Assembly (NCBI GenBank): GCA_973895155.1
Contig: OZ316897.1
Span: 14,011,375 to 14,075,374, forward strand
DNA length: 64,000 bases
DNA from: Marsupella aquatica
Lineage: Eukaryota; Plantae; Marchantiophyta
Reading direction: 5' to 3'
Shown here: positions 52,005 through 64,000 of the stretch, in pieces
Numbering within the stretch: position 1 is the stretch's first letter
How the letters are laid out: each line of letters starts with the position of its first letter
Program-made: the position numbers and the translations under genes
The notes under the pieces: model-generated
The model's database searches: none
What the model was told of the DNA's origin: nothing
What the model saw: only the letters and a program-made list of their open reading frames with translations

Positions 52005-52810
52005 AGGCTAGGTACAAGCTCAAAGTTGGAAATAACATTCACATCTTGCTTGTCTTTGTGGAGGTATATGTTTGATGGACCCCCCCAAAATTCACGTGCC
52101 TAGGTATAAGCTCAAAGTTAGAAATAACATTCCCATCTTGCTTGTCTTTGTGAAAATATATGTTTGATGGACCTCCAAAATGAAAGTGTTACTTGATGGA
52201 ACCCATGAAAGATCTAGACCTGGGTGCCCTAACCACAGTAAACTCATCTGGGTTTTGCTACTTTAAGGACAACCTCTAACATGTCTAAACCATAACGATA
52301 TTTGGAAGACTAAACAAAACCTTAAGAGGTCGTCAAGTGCCCGTAGTTTGGGATAAGTCCTGTGAGTGTTATCATTGTTGTGGTGAACGTGCAATGACAG
52401 TTCGTGATGACTACTGTTTCCTTACAAATGCAAGAGAAGATTACATCTGTTCAGAATATCCTTAATTAATGAGGAGGACATAATTATCAGCCTCAACTCA
52501 TGATGATTATCATTCTTGTCTGTACCAAATTGTAAGATTTTAAACTGGAGTCCTGTATTGACCAATATTCATTCACTCGGTTACCCTAAAATGAGACGCG
52601 GACAAACCCAGTACAGGATTTATTTTGCCAGACTGATACATCTGTTTAGGATATGCCTAATGAGTAAAGGACATATCAGCCACATCATTATCGTTCTTCT
52701 CTGTACCAAAATCATGTAATGTTTCAAATTGGGATTCCCTTTTGACCGAGATTGGTTCACTCGGTTACTGTAAAATGACACCCAGGTACAGACTTTATGT
52801 TTGCCAGAGT
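52005..52810. repeat. Two local duplications (~92 bp and ~180 bp)
   Basis: ctaggta..aagctcaaagtt..aaataacatt at ~52008 and ~52100; cattct..tctgtaccaaa...cactcggttac..taaaatga at ~52511 and ~52691. Confidence 0.75.
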
Positions 52811-55704
52811 CAAACAGATTTGGGGCCTTTCAATCAGGTTTCAAGCGGAATAACATCCTCGTCTTCAATGATTTCTCTGTAGAGTCAAAGAACACATTCA
52901 ATGATCAATTGAATTACAAGCGAGAGTGCAGTACAGCAAGCCATTGTTTTGGGTTTCTTTGAATTAAATGGAAAACCTCAACTTGATATATATTCACGTT
53001 CATGGAGTCGTGGATATTGTACGGTTCCAATCTGAGGATTAAGAGTAGGATATCCTTAATGAGAAGGGTGACAGACTAGACAAGCCTAATATCTGAAAGA
53101 ACAATAGGCACAGACAATAATCTAGAGTGTCGAGTCTTCGAATCATAATTGGATTGGAGTTAAGACGTATAGCTGACAGATTTATTACAAGTGGTGGAAG
53201 TGGTTCCGAGCAGACATATTCATCAACAGGTGTAATATTGATTATGGACATTTCATGGGAGCTATGAGAATAACGCGGACTCAGCACCTGAGAGTAATGA
53301 ATACATCAACGATAACTACGAGTTGAGTAATGTGAATTAAAAGTGGTACGTACCTCGAAGTTGTTCCTCACATAATGATGAACAAGTTGCAGCAGTTTAT
53401 TAGGTAGTTGGGAACTCGGAAGAAGGCAAGAAGCCTCTTGCTTAGAGAAAGGTCTCCTTCAATTTCCGAGAAACATAAATAGTAACTTCCAAAGGAAACT
53501 TTCTTTCTTAACCCATATTTTGTCCCAATGGACCTAATGGACCTTCGTGTTCACACGAGATAACATTTCGTGTCAACAGTTTTTGTAATACAATTTGCAG
53601 TCTTTATAATGCCAGAAAGTCATTGTAAAATGTAGGATGTTCTATAATCTACCATGTCACCAACTGTGTCTAGCTACAACCGCAATGTCAAGTAAACAGT
53701 TCATCTTGTGGCCACAGCACAATACCGAGCATCACAGTTAGAACTCATATACATTGACAACAATGTATACACACAGTTGGTAGACTAGGGTTTAGGAAAA
53801 TTGTAGCATAGACGCATAAAATCAAAATGCATACATGCATATCTTCACAAGGATAGACTATAGTATGCAAAATTTATTCAGTGTGACGCATCAAATTGCA
53901 AACATAACCCTGAATTAGCCCAATCATATTTTCTGGCCACTCCCTCATTGCAGTTGGCACATCTTAAACGGTAGCACTAGCAGGACACACTAGCATGAAA
54001 AGTAAGAAAAGCAACACAAGGAAATGTCAAGCGATGAACCTAAACACAAGGAGAACAAAACAGGTTCCCAATAGATTTGAATTGTAAATATTAATTTGAA
54101 TTTTTTATTCACATTCTCTTCAAAAAAACAATGAGGTTGGGGACACTACGATGCTTGTGTGCTTCAATGAATTTGTAAACTCTTCCTTTGTAGTTTGGAT
54201 ACAATGGCCAAAATCTATTCAACCAAACTATGAGTTGGTGCTAGGGCGCTTGGTTGCTCCAATATCGTCAACCAAGATGCAGCTGAGGTTGGCCCAATCT
54301 TGGTTGACCTCACCAATAAAGGCATACGGACCCCTATTTTTACCAAAAACAAACTTGAAAAAATTGCTGCCCTTGCCGAGATGGGGTGTCATGACAGAAC
54401 GGACGCCCCATAGTGAAAAACAATTCCCTCTAAAAATTTGAAACAAAATAAATTCAATTTGCTTCCATGTTTTTCTTGCAACGACTTGGCGGCCTCTCAG
54501 GCATGAAGTGGCAACTGATATCAGGTTGACTAATGGACTGACTAATAACTGATGAAATTAACATACTTGCACCCAAACTATTTGTACTTCATGCTCATTT
54601 CAACCCTGATCACAACCTGAATCACACTCAGTCTTATAGTGGTGCAGAAATACTTACAATTTACAAAACTTATTGGAGTTCTATAGATGACTAAGATATG
54701 GTGCCCAGCAAAACTTGTATATTTATCGGTTCTTGGAGTGCAAAATTGGAGCAAGGAACTGACTATTTTCCGTAATTCTGGTAGATGTTTAGCCAGACAA
54801 AACTTTTGAGTTCTACCCAGGCTAGAACCAGAAAATAAACGTCAAAATTTGAGTAGACTACAACTCTAATTTGCCATATTATTCTTTACCTCACAATGAT
54901 GAGAAACAAGATCTTAAACACACTCAGGGCTCACTTGAGAAGATGTATTTATTAAGAACTAGCCCAATGCCCATGCACTAGTACATTTTATCGCCCTTTT
55001 TCGACAATGAAAGTATCGGAACCCTTTGGCAACTTGCAACCAGATTTTTGGAACTTCCGATTACCACAACATCGGAACATGCCATTTTCTGCACATCGGA
55101 TATAGACCATCGGACAAGTATCGGAAACACCGATATTACCTTCATCGGACCATCCGTAATCTAAAATATCGGATATTTTACTATCCGATGCCGGAAGTGT
55201 CGGACCACTACTTTGTCGCCTGTTCTGTTTAATTCGTGTCCGATTATTGTCCGTTTGTTAAGACATCGAAATATCCGATATTAGTAGTTTTGCAAGTTCC
55301 AATGCGGTAAGATTCGGAAGATCCGAATGTTCTGGAATGGGGAAGTCCAATACAAAGTGCATCGGAAGGTCGTGGTTTTGGTTGGATGGAGTGGGATGAT
55401 TTAAGTATCGGAATGGCATTGGAAAGAGTGCTTTGGGAAGCGGGGATGCCACGCTTATTAGCATATTTAGTGGGTTAGGGTTAGGGTGAGGGTTAGGGTT
55501 AGGTGTAGGGGTGTTTTGGAGGCATTTTGGAGCTTATTGAAAAAACCATGCAACATAGATCTAATTCAAACCCATGCATGGCCAAAAAGGGTACTCAAGC
55601 CCCTAAAATGAATATATACATATAGACCCCAATATGTACAAGTGTGATCCACTCGGATCAAATAAGAAATAGCAGCCTGCCCCATATGGTCTACACTTTG
55701 TGCC

Positions 55705-58700
55705 CTAACACACTAGGCCTCTACTTTGCATATGCTGGTCAACTATCTGACTTGCTACCAGCTCAAAATGGAGCATGTCGTCCCTTCCTCTTTTTGGAAC
55801 GAGTCCGTGGAGGTGGGGGTGGAGAAGCCTCGGTGAATGTGGTTTGGTCCATATTGGCTTGGTCCAGGTCGTCTGTCCCAAGTGTAGAGGCAACATGAGG
55901 AAGTGGACCAACCCCACCACCACCACCATGGGAAGCCCCTGAGACATGAGAGGGCACACCCTCTTTGCTACCTCGGCAAGTATGAAAGGAAGCTGCGGGA
56001 CCCCCCCACTTGTCCCATCAGCAGTAGAACGTCGTGACTCACCACCACCACCACCACTCCCTCCTGACTGGCTAGGGGCACCATGACTAGCCGCTGGAGG
56101 ACCTGAGTGGTGAGAGACCCCACCACCACCGCCTCCACTCCCTCCAGACGTGCCAGAGGCACGTCCACCACCCCCAATGCTGCTTGCATGCTGAGAGACA
56201 CCGCCACCACTGCCTGCACTCCCTCCAGACTGGCCAGGGGCATGTCGACCACCCCCAGTGCTGCCTGCATGCTGAGAGACTCCACCACCACCGCCTGCAC
56301 TCCCTCCAGACTGGCCAAGGGCATGTCGACCACTCCCAGTGCTGCATCCGTGGTGAGAGACTCCACCACCACCGCCTGCACTCCCTCTAGACTGGCCGCC
56401 CCCAGTGCGGCCAGAGTGCCGAGACCCTCCACCGCCGGCTGCACTCCCTCCAACCTGGCCACCCCTAGTGCCGCCAGAGCGGCCAGAGCCTCCAGAGCCA
56501 CTCACTCCCAACTACGCCTAACTGCTGAGAGCCTCTAGAACACCCTTCCCCATGGGGCTCTAATCGGCGAGACCCACCAACAGCATGTCGTGCAACAACA
56601 TGTTGCGGGCCCTGAGTGTCAGCTCTACCACCAACCCTTGATTGGCGTCGGCCACTAGAACCAACCCCTATGGCTCTCGACTGGTATGCGCTAGGGGCCC
56701 GACTAGCACCACCTCTACCGGCCCTACTTCGTGATGCTGGAACACCATGATCCTCACCCCGTCGAGTCGAGTGGCGAGGACCACTAACACTGTCCCTAAC
56801 TGCTCCAGACCGGCGAGATGTGGGTGCGGCCACAATTGCCTCCTCTGGGCCCAACAACTCTACATCTGAATCGTCCGCCCCTGAGCCCTCCTCCGAGTCC
56901 TCACCCTCCTACCCCTCCTCCTCTGAGCCCTACATATATCCAAATAGCAATCCAATTAGTGTATGCTCCATCTTACCACAGAATTTTCATCAACCAATTA
57001 AGACATTGCATTCAGAGGATTGTCCATACCGAACCCAACTCCTCCTCCATGTGAATTTTGAGAGCTCGCGGTCCGTGCTTCTTAGCCAACTCCCTCTCGT
57101 CTGGTAAGATTGGCCGCCCATGCTCACGCTCCTACACCCCACACAAAATGGCCCCAACATCAAATTGTCCCCCATTAGTCCCTCCCTATCACACCCCAAG
57201 TAGTCCCACATCCTCACACCCCCAAATACATGTACAATGGCCTTTGGATCCTACTAAGAAATCTACCAAGGATTACCGATAAAAATTCAAATTATCCGAT
57301 TACCCAAGTATCGGACCCCTCGTGCTAAAATATCGGACAGACTGTCCGAATGTTTATCTGATACTGATACTATTGGATCATAATCGGACCCCAATTTCAA
57401 AAAAAGGTGTGATAACACATCCGATTATGGGTCCGATACCGACAGAATCGGACCAGTATCGGAAAGACGGCCCAGGAAAGAAAAAATACAATGTCGAGAG
57501 CGGGCCTGACTTGCAGGTCTCGCCTCGACAATAAGAAGGGACTAGCTTTGGGTTGGGGCTCTTTAGGCATACACAAGCCTCAGGTGATCAGGCAAATTGA
57601 GGTGAGGAGCTTGGAGAGAGGAGGGGGAGTACTTACAAACTCTGCCTTGAGACGCTGCGACCCACCCTGCCCCATCCGGTGAGTGATTACTGGCCTATTG
57701 TCAACTCGAAGCAATGTTTTCAGGATTTGTGAGGGAGGGTCTCCAAGCTGAACTGATCTTGCTTCCCAATGCTGCAGGTTGCTCTGAGCATGGCGGGTGT
57801 CAACAGTCTCCCCTGCTTGGGCCTTGATGGCAAGCTCCTCTCATTCGGCCTGCCAGTACCGTCTTGCCTGCCAAGCTCAAACTTGTAGCTCGGTCTTGAT
57901 CCAAGCTGCCCATACATCTGGTGGTAGATCAACTGGGCACCCCCTCTACCTGATCACCTCCTCATTTTCCTTGCATTCACCAAGGTATTTCCTGAGCTTC
58001 TCCCTGACATGGTTCCTTCTGTCTGCAAGTGAGAGGCTGATTTTTCGATTCAAGAACCTGTCATCAAGGAATGATCCATTGGAAAATCTCTCCTTCACCT
58101 GCTCACGAACTCTAAATTTCTCCTATTCATTTTTCTTCCCCCAGTAGTCTAACACCCCAAAATGGGATCTAAGTACCTGCCCAAGCTGACTCCTGAAGAG
58201 ATTATAGCTCCTAGCCCTGGGAGCTCCTCCACTATTCAAAAACAGCTTTGGCCGCTTGCTTCGCTCCTCTGCTTCGCTCCTCTGCTTGCTGTTTCTCCTC
58301 CTCTGCTCTCTTCCTCTCTGCAGCCCGTGCTTCTTTACGCAGGGCTTTCTCTCTCTGTCTTGGTGAGAGGGCCTCCGCAGGGATGCTCCGCTTCTCATCC
58401 CTTCGCTTCCTCTTCTTTTCTTTCTCCCTCTGCTGCCTTTCCTCGAATGCTTTCTCAGCTTCTGAAATAATTGTGCCCTTTGAAGAGTCAATCAATCCCT
58501 GTGTCAATGCAGCAACCTGCTGCGCAACTTCTATTGAGAGCCCTATTTGCGTTTGAAAAATGGCTGTCATAATGTCCCCAAAGTTTTGAGATGGCCCGGC
58601 TCCATCTCCTGCAGATCCTCTGGCTCCCCCGGCTGCTCCGGCTCCCCCGGCTCCCCTGGCTCCACCTCTTGCCCCTCCTGCCCCTCCATTGTTCCCCTCC

Positions 58701-58783
58701 ATAGCCATAAGCTCCTCCCGGCCTTCAATTCCAGTTCGCGACCACGCACTTCCCCGGCTTTTGCCAAAGAAAACATCTCCCAA
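55705..58783 (-). pseudogene. Degenerate TnpA-like (ORF2) gene of the CACTA element with a Gly/Ser-rich repeat C-terminus
   Basis: Coiled-coil N-terminus (58232-58783), then stop-riddled frames reading RSQLGQVLRSHFGVLDYWGKK, CPVDLPPDVWAAWIK and EREHGRPILPDERELAKKHG, resembling EnSpm ORF2 proteins. Gly-rich ORF at 55705-56511. Confidence 0.55.
56030..56400. repeat. 81-bp (27-codon) tandem repeat, about 4 copies
   Basis: GAGAC anchor at 56114, 56195, 56276, 56357; encodes GGSAGGGGGVSQHAGSTGGGRHAPGQS. Confidence 0.92.
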
Positions 58784-58944
58784 CGCTCTTTCGATGCAAA
58801 GCCCGACTAAGAAGGAGTGGCACTTTGGTCGGGAAACCTAAAACCTGTCCGACTATGGATTCGATTCTTACTGCATCGGAACAAGCGATGCTGTAATTAT
58901 CGGAAATATAGCGGATGTCCGATTCTTACAGCATCGGACCCCTC

Positions 58945-59231
58945 CTCGGGGGGTTGACTATCAAAAATCTTAGGAACCACATGCGATCCAAAATAGGTAT
59001 TTTTCATAGAAATTAGTTAAATTTTTAAAAAGCGTAGGAAGCAAAAGAAGGTATTATAGACCAATATTTATAGAATATTCTCTAATATATATCATTCATA
59101 AAGTAGAATAGGTCATTAATATTGAAAATAGAGAATTTTTTTGGAATATTCCCATTATAAAATAGGTGTATTTATATTAGGCTAGGATCGCACGTGGTAC
59201 CTCAAAATATATATTAAGTTAACCCCCTGAG
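58945..59231. mobile_element. MITE nested in the CACTA element
   Basis: Imperfect TIRs CTC(G/A)GGGGGTT(G/A)AC, an inner inverted block GG(A/T)ACCAC(A/G)TGCGATCC, AT-rich core, flanking direct repeat GACCCCTC at 58937-58944 and 59232-59239. Confidence 0.75.
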
Positions 59232-59971
59232 GACCCCTCTTGTTAATTCCTTGTATTACTCATGTCCGAAGTCTTTTTTGATATAATAACTATGGCAATT
59301 AATTTGGTTGTATGTTTGATGACCCTATGTTGGTTCTATGTGTTTAAGCAGGGTTTTAGGGATGGGGTGGACCGTTGGAGCCGCGGTCCCTTCTCATTGT
59401 GTGGTTTGGAGGTGGTTGGTATGTATAGATGTTGCGAGTTATATTTGAGAGTTGTTTGGTATTTACATTGTGACATTTTGGGGGCAAAATATGGATTCAC
59501 CTAGCTAGCTAACCTTATGCATACAGTGACATGCCAAATTTTGCAGTTCTTTTTTGTAGAGGGTTAAGTCACTCAGTTTTTGCGGAGGGTTAGGTTGCTG
59601 AGCTTTTTTGGGGGTCCATTTTTGTAATGCATCATGCACAGCGAGAGCCCGCACGTCTGAAAAGTATGGTTGGACCACTCTAAAATGTTGGGAGGTGCCC
59701 GGCATAGGTCGGCCCCCTAGCCAACTATAATTCTGGTCATACAGAGGTTAATTAGTGATCTTGTTACACACTAATTAAGTTGAAGTGTTCTTGTGCAGTA
59801 ATTTCAGACTTGTCTTAGCATATAGTTTAAGGCCAAGATCCTAGTTGGCACTGCAGAGCGCAGGTCTCATTAAGGTATTATTGATTTAAACATTTTTTGT
59901 TTTGCCTTAAGACATATATATGTAAATAATTGTCCCAATGGTGCAGATTCTAAAATATAGTGACATTGTGT

Positions 59972-61230
59972 ATGGATGATGGGCAGATGTCCAGTTTTGG
60001 GAGTTCTGAGTCGGACTCAGACTCAACCTCGTCATCTTCTGAGGGGGACGTTCCTCCTCCCCCTCCTCGGACTCAATGTCCTCCTCCTATAGGACCTATT
60101 CCATGCTGGTGTGTTAGATGTAAAGGCATGGTGGTTCGTCAAGCCTGGGAAGCCATTGAGCACATTGAGAACTATGGCCGACATGAGGGTGATTTACCTG
60201 GATATTCTACTCGCCAGGTATGCATCATTTATTGCGCTTGGAGACATTGATATGCACAAGTTGTAACATTGCACCCATACATTTATTAATTGTTGGTATT
60301 TTTGTGATTGAATAGGTGCCTCGTAGGACCCCTCCTCCATTGGTCTCTAATGACTTATGGGTAAACACACTTTTGGCTGGTGCAAGAGAGTTGTTAGCAG
60401 CATCATCAGATCCCCCTCAATGTAGCCTCCCTTGTGTTGATCCGGAGACTATACCAGTTCCATCTAAGGTTGGTTGCACCTGAGCACGTTCCCAAAGACA
60501 ACGGCGTCGTTATGAACCCTTGGGTGTGCATGAGACCGAGGACCAAGTTCTGCACCATACTCATAGAGTACCGCCAGGAGAGGACTATGTGGGAGTGGAA
60601 GGGAGGTTGGGGCTTTCATATGTCATTGGGAAGGTATTGACAGTCTTGAAGGATTTCTCATCTGAGAGATTCAAAATACCCCCTGGCCTAACCACTAACA
60701 CTCCTATCCACATATGGGGTCACCAATGGATAGTGAAGGCATCCTCCCTTGGTCCTGACATAGGATTTGGCGTATTTGCCTTGGAGGACATTTTGGTCCC
60801 TGCAAAGCCATGGCCCCGAGGTTATGATGGGGAGCACCTATTTCCATATATTGGTCCCGTATACACTTCAAAAAGTTGGAACATTCTATTGCACCAACAC
60901 CCATCTTGGGGTGTCTATGCATTGCAAATGGATTCTGATCCAGATGAGGTTATACGGAGGCCTTGGCATTCTCGGATGATTGATGGGGACCCTGTTCGCT
61001 CCGACAACATAGCCGGGTACATCAATAGTACTCGTGGGAGAGGGAGAGGACTTAGGCCTAATGTCGAGTGGATACAAATATTTGGTCCACCTAGAGAGCC
61101 TTATTATGTAAAACACACGGATGACCATGTCATGACTGTAGCCATTACAACCATTAGGGCTGGCGAGGAGTTGTTTTGCGACTATGAGTGGGATGCTCCC
61201 AAGAAAGCATTGCTTTCTCGCCCTGTGTAG
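59972..61230 (+). pseudogene. Transposon-encoded SET-domain protein (exon 59972-60217 plus exon 60316-61230; one TGA at 60481)
   Basis: Exon 1 has a CWCVRC...HIENYG transposase-associated Zn motif. Exon 2 has SET motifs KASSLGPDIGFGVFA, IDGD...NIAGYINS, PNV, VAITTIRAGEELFCDY. Confidence 0.8.
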
Positions 61231-61392
61231 GGCAGACATGTATATACCACCTCTTTTGCTGAACATAAATACATGACAATGGTTTCCAAAAAAATTTGGT
61301 TCTTTGTATAAATAATCCTAAACCCTAAACCCTAAAACACTTGTCTCATTGTGGGTCTCTTCTAATATTTATGTATGTTTGTGAACTGCTAG

Positions 61393-63970
61393 AATGTGTA
61401 TGTTCAACCAGATGTGGGGGTATTATCACGAGCAATGCGGCAACACCTTGTCGAGGCCATGGAAGATTGGTGTAGGGCTCAAGCTTCAGCGAATGAAGAT
61501 ATCCCTCCTGAGCAAGTATCTAATGCCACCAATGTCAGACTTGAGGATGAGAGGGCCATGGATGATCTCGTGCACCAGTTCTATGACATAGAGGATGGTG
61601 ACCATGGTATGGGTGATGCATTTGACACCACAACACATGCTCATCATGACATTCCTTCACGAGATTCCCACTCTAGACAATGGGAGGAAGCTCGTGACCA
61701 TGCACAAACAAGGATTTTTGAGGGGTCACAGCTGTCTCGACTATCAGGAATAATGTTATTGTTGAACTTGCATCAAAGACATGGTGCAAGCAATCTCCTT
61801 CTTGATGATCTTTTCAGGACTTTGCATAGTCGGATTTTGCCAGAAGGGAACTGCTTGCCTAGTTCCTGGAAAGCAGCTAAAAAGGTGTTGAAATCCATAG
61901 GTCTCAAATACGAAGTCATACATGCTTGTGTGAATGATTGTGTTCTCTTTAGGGGGGAACACAAAGATGCCACTACATGTCCTCCATGTGACCAACCGAG
62001 GTATCGAGAGGACATGCTCACTGGAAAAGTAGCACAGAAGGTCATAAGGTATTTTCCTCTTATCCCTAGATTACGGCACCAGTACCGATGTGCGGAGTTG
62101 GCTGAGTATATGGTGTGGCATTCCAAGAACCGGTCAGATATGACTTCAGATCCGCCCACCATGCGTATGATGGTGGACTCACCTGCCAATAGGTTTGTGG
62201 AGGACCGATGGGGTGACTTCAAGACAGATCCACGTCATGTACGTCTAGGTTTGGCATCAGATGGGATCAGCCCCTTTGCATTGGCAGGGAAGGTCCAACC
62301 ATACTCAGTTTGGCCAGTAGTCCTTACAAATTATAACATCCCTCCATGGATGGCCATGAAGAAGGGTGATTTGCTGCTCTCAATGATTATCCCAGGCCCC
62401 AAGCAAGTAAAAAAGATTGATGTTTACTTGCAACCATTGTTGGAGGAGCTTCAACAACTATGGAGAGGAGTGGATTGCTATGATGGTCGAGTGCTTACGA
62501 GTGGTTTACCTCGTGAATTTAAATTGAAAGCCATCTGTATGTGGACCATACACGATCTTCCGGGTATGTGGAAATATACCTCACCCCATATAAATTATGC
62601 ATGGTTTGTTATTTCTAGATAATATACCTCACCCCATATTAATTATGCCTTGGTTTATCATATATTGGACCACTGGCCATTGTTTAATGTATGCAATGGG
62701 TGTGAACATTGTAGGGTTTGGATATATCTCTGGGTTGCAGGTCTCGGGATACCAAGCTTGCCCAACTTGTGGGCCCGATTTGGAGGGAGTGGCGCGCCCA
62801 AAGTCTACCACCCTACGGAAGATAGTTTACATTGGTCACACAAAGTATCTCCCCCCACAGCATGAATGGAGGCGTGACCCATTCTTATACGACACAGATG
62901 ATGGCCAACCAGACACACACCCTCAACCAGTGCCAAGGGATCCACGTTATTGGAAAGATGTATGGGATAGAGTGACAGACCCGGATGATCCATTACAGTT
63001 GGCCCGGTGTGGCATGACTCGATTGTCTGCATTAATGTCAAAGCTGCCATATTGGGCTGAGATGCCAATTAACCATTTGTTTGACCCTATGCACATTGAG
63101 GGGAATGTTGGGAGGTCATTGATTCGCCATCTATATGGAGAGAAAGACAACAACTGGAGAGAGAGTTGTGAGGAGATGGGGATACATGGCCCTCATGGGT
63201 TTTGGCCATCTATGGATCCTCCTAATGCCTCCCTTACTATTCACCCTCCTTGGGTATTGACCAGAGGTGAGCGGACTGAGTTTCGCAAACATATAGGGTC
63301 AATGAGGTTTCCCACAGGTTATGGTGCCAATCTTCGTAAGGCATTTGGGGGCGATGATTCTCCAAAATGGCCATCTTACCTGAAAACACATGATTTTCAT
63401 CGGTTACTCGAACATGTCATTCCAGTTGCGATTATTGGATTGGGTAGTGAGGATCTTCGAGATGCCCTGTGGTCATTAGGTAAGCTCTTGAGGTGGGTGT
63501 GTCAAAAAGAGGTGAATGAGGATGAGATTGCAGCGATGGACCTTTTTGGAGTGGAGGTATTGTGCAAGTTGGAGAGGGCACTCCCTCCTTCATTCTTTGA
63601 TGGTCAAGTTCACTTCCTCCTCCACCTAGTGCGTGAGGTTGCGATTGCAGGGCCGGTACATTGTCGTTGGATGTACTGGGTAGAGCGGTATATGGGAGTG
63701 ATGAAGTCATATGTGTCAAATCGTGCGAGAGTGGAAGGTAGCATTGTTGAGCGTCATCTTGGAGCAGAGAGCATGTTTTATTGTACAAACATTGTAGCTA
63801 CACTTGATCCCAGAGCTCCAAGGGGCTGGATAGACGAGGCATCAAGGGAAGCAGACTTTGAGGATGACTGTCTTACAGGGGCAAAGGGAGAACGACTTAT
63901 GGGCTCAACTGAGCATCTTCAACTTACTACATTTATGTTGTATAACTCGCCTGAGATTGTGGGAGATTAG
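61393..63970 (+). CDS. CACTA transposase (Tnp2/Transposase_21 plus DUF4218-like region); intron 62564-62714; TAG at 63968 is probably premature
   Basis: HACVNDC..F...C..C..PRY, RYFPLIPRL, LGLASDGISPF, WPVVLTNYNIPPW, IPGPK, DVYLQPLLEEL, HDLPG|FG, ACPTC, DPMHIEGNV, LKTHDFH, PPSFFD, GPV..RWMY.VER, EGSI. Confidence 0.95.
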
Positions 63971-64000
63971 ACAACTTTTTATGAGGAGGAAAAGGCAAAT

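Larger units (their letters stand above)
54976..64000 (+). mobile_element. CACTA/EnSpm DNA transposon (left end in window, right end beyond it)
   Basis: CACTAGTACA at 54976, followed by dense ATCGGA/TCCGAT subterminal repeats in both orientations (55015-55450, again ~57270-57470 and ~58845-58940). Tnp2 transposase lies downstream. Candidate 3-bp TSD ATG at 54973-54975. Confidence 0.85.

Overview
Eukaryotic plant nuclear DNA, most likely a liverwort (class I RSL gene with an FRH1-type miRNA site). There are three intact host genes: a small conserved single-exon protein (+, 28508-28966), a 12-exon acetolactate synthase small subunit (-, 36903-32082) and a 5-exon class I RSL bHLH (-, 47036-42729). 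The standout is a 9.8-kb Ty3/Gypsy-type retroelement (-, 3842-13655) with a 4-bp TSD (AACT) and TGTC...GACA ends. It encodes Gag-PR-C5 DNA methyltransferase-RT-RNase H-DDE integrase-PHD. Instead of two normal LTRs it has split direct repeats (sense order B-ORF-A-gc-B-A). A Tf1-like self-priming site abuts B, a G7 polypurine tract abuts A, and the TG/CA integrase attachment motifs sit inside the RT-defined LTR as a near-palindrome (CATGACA-GC-TGTCGTG). I infer integration of a 2-LTR circle by a DDE integrase, a layout I otherwise know only from tyrosine-recombinase retroelements. The right end holds a CACTA/EnSpm element (from 54976, running off the window) with a SET-domain exon that appears to share its first exon with the transposase, a divergent degenerate TnpA-like gene and a nested MITE. 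The rest is degenerate repeats, SINE-like copies and local tandem duplications. All alignments and splice calls were made by eye.
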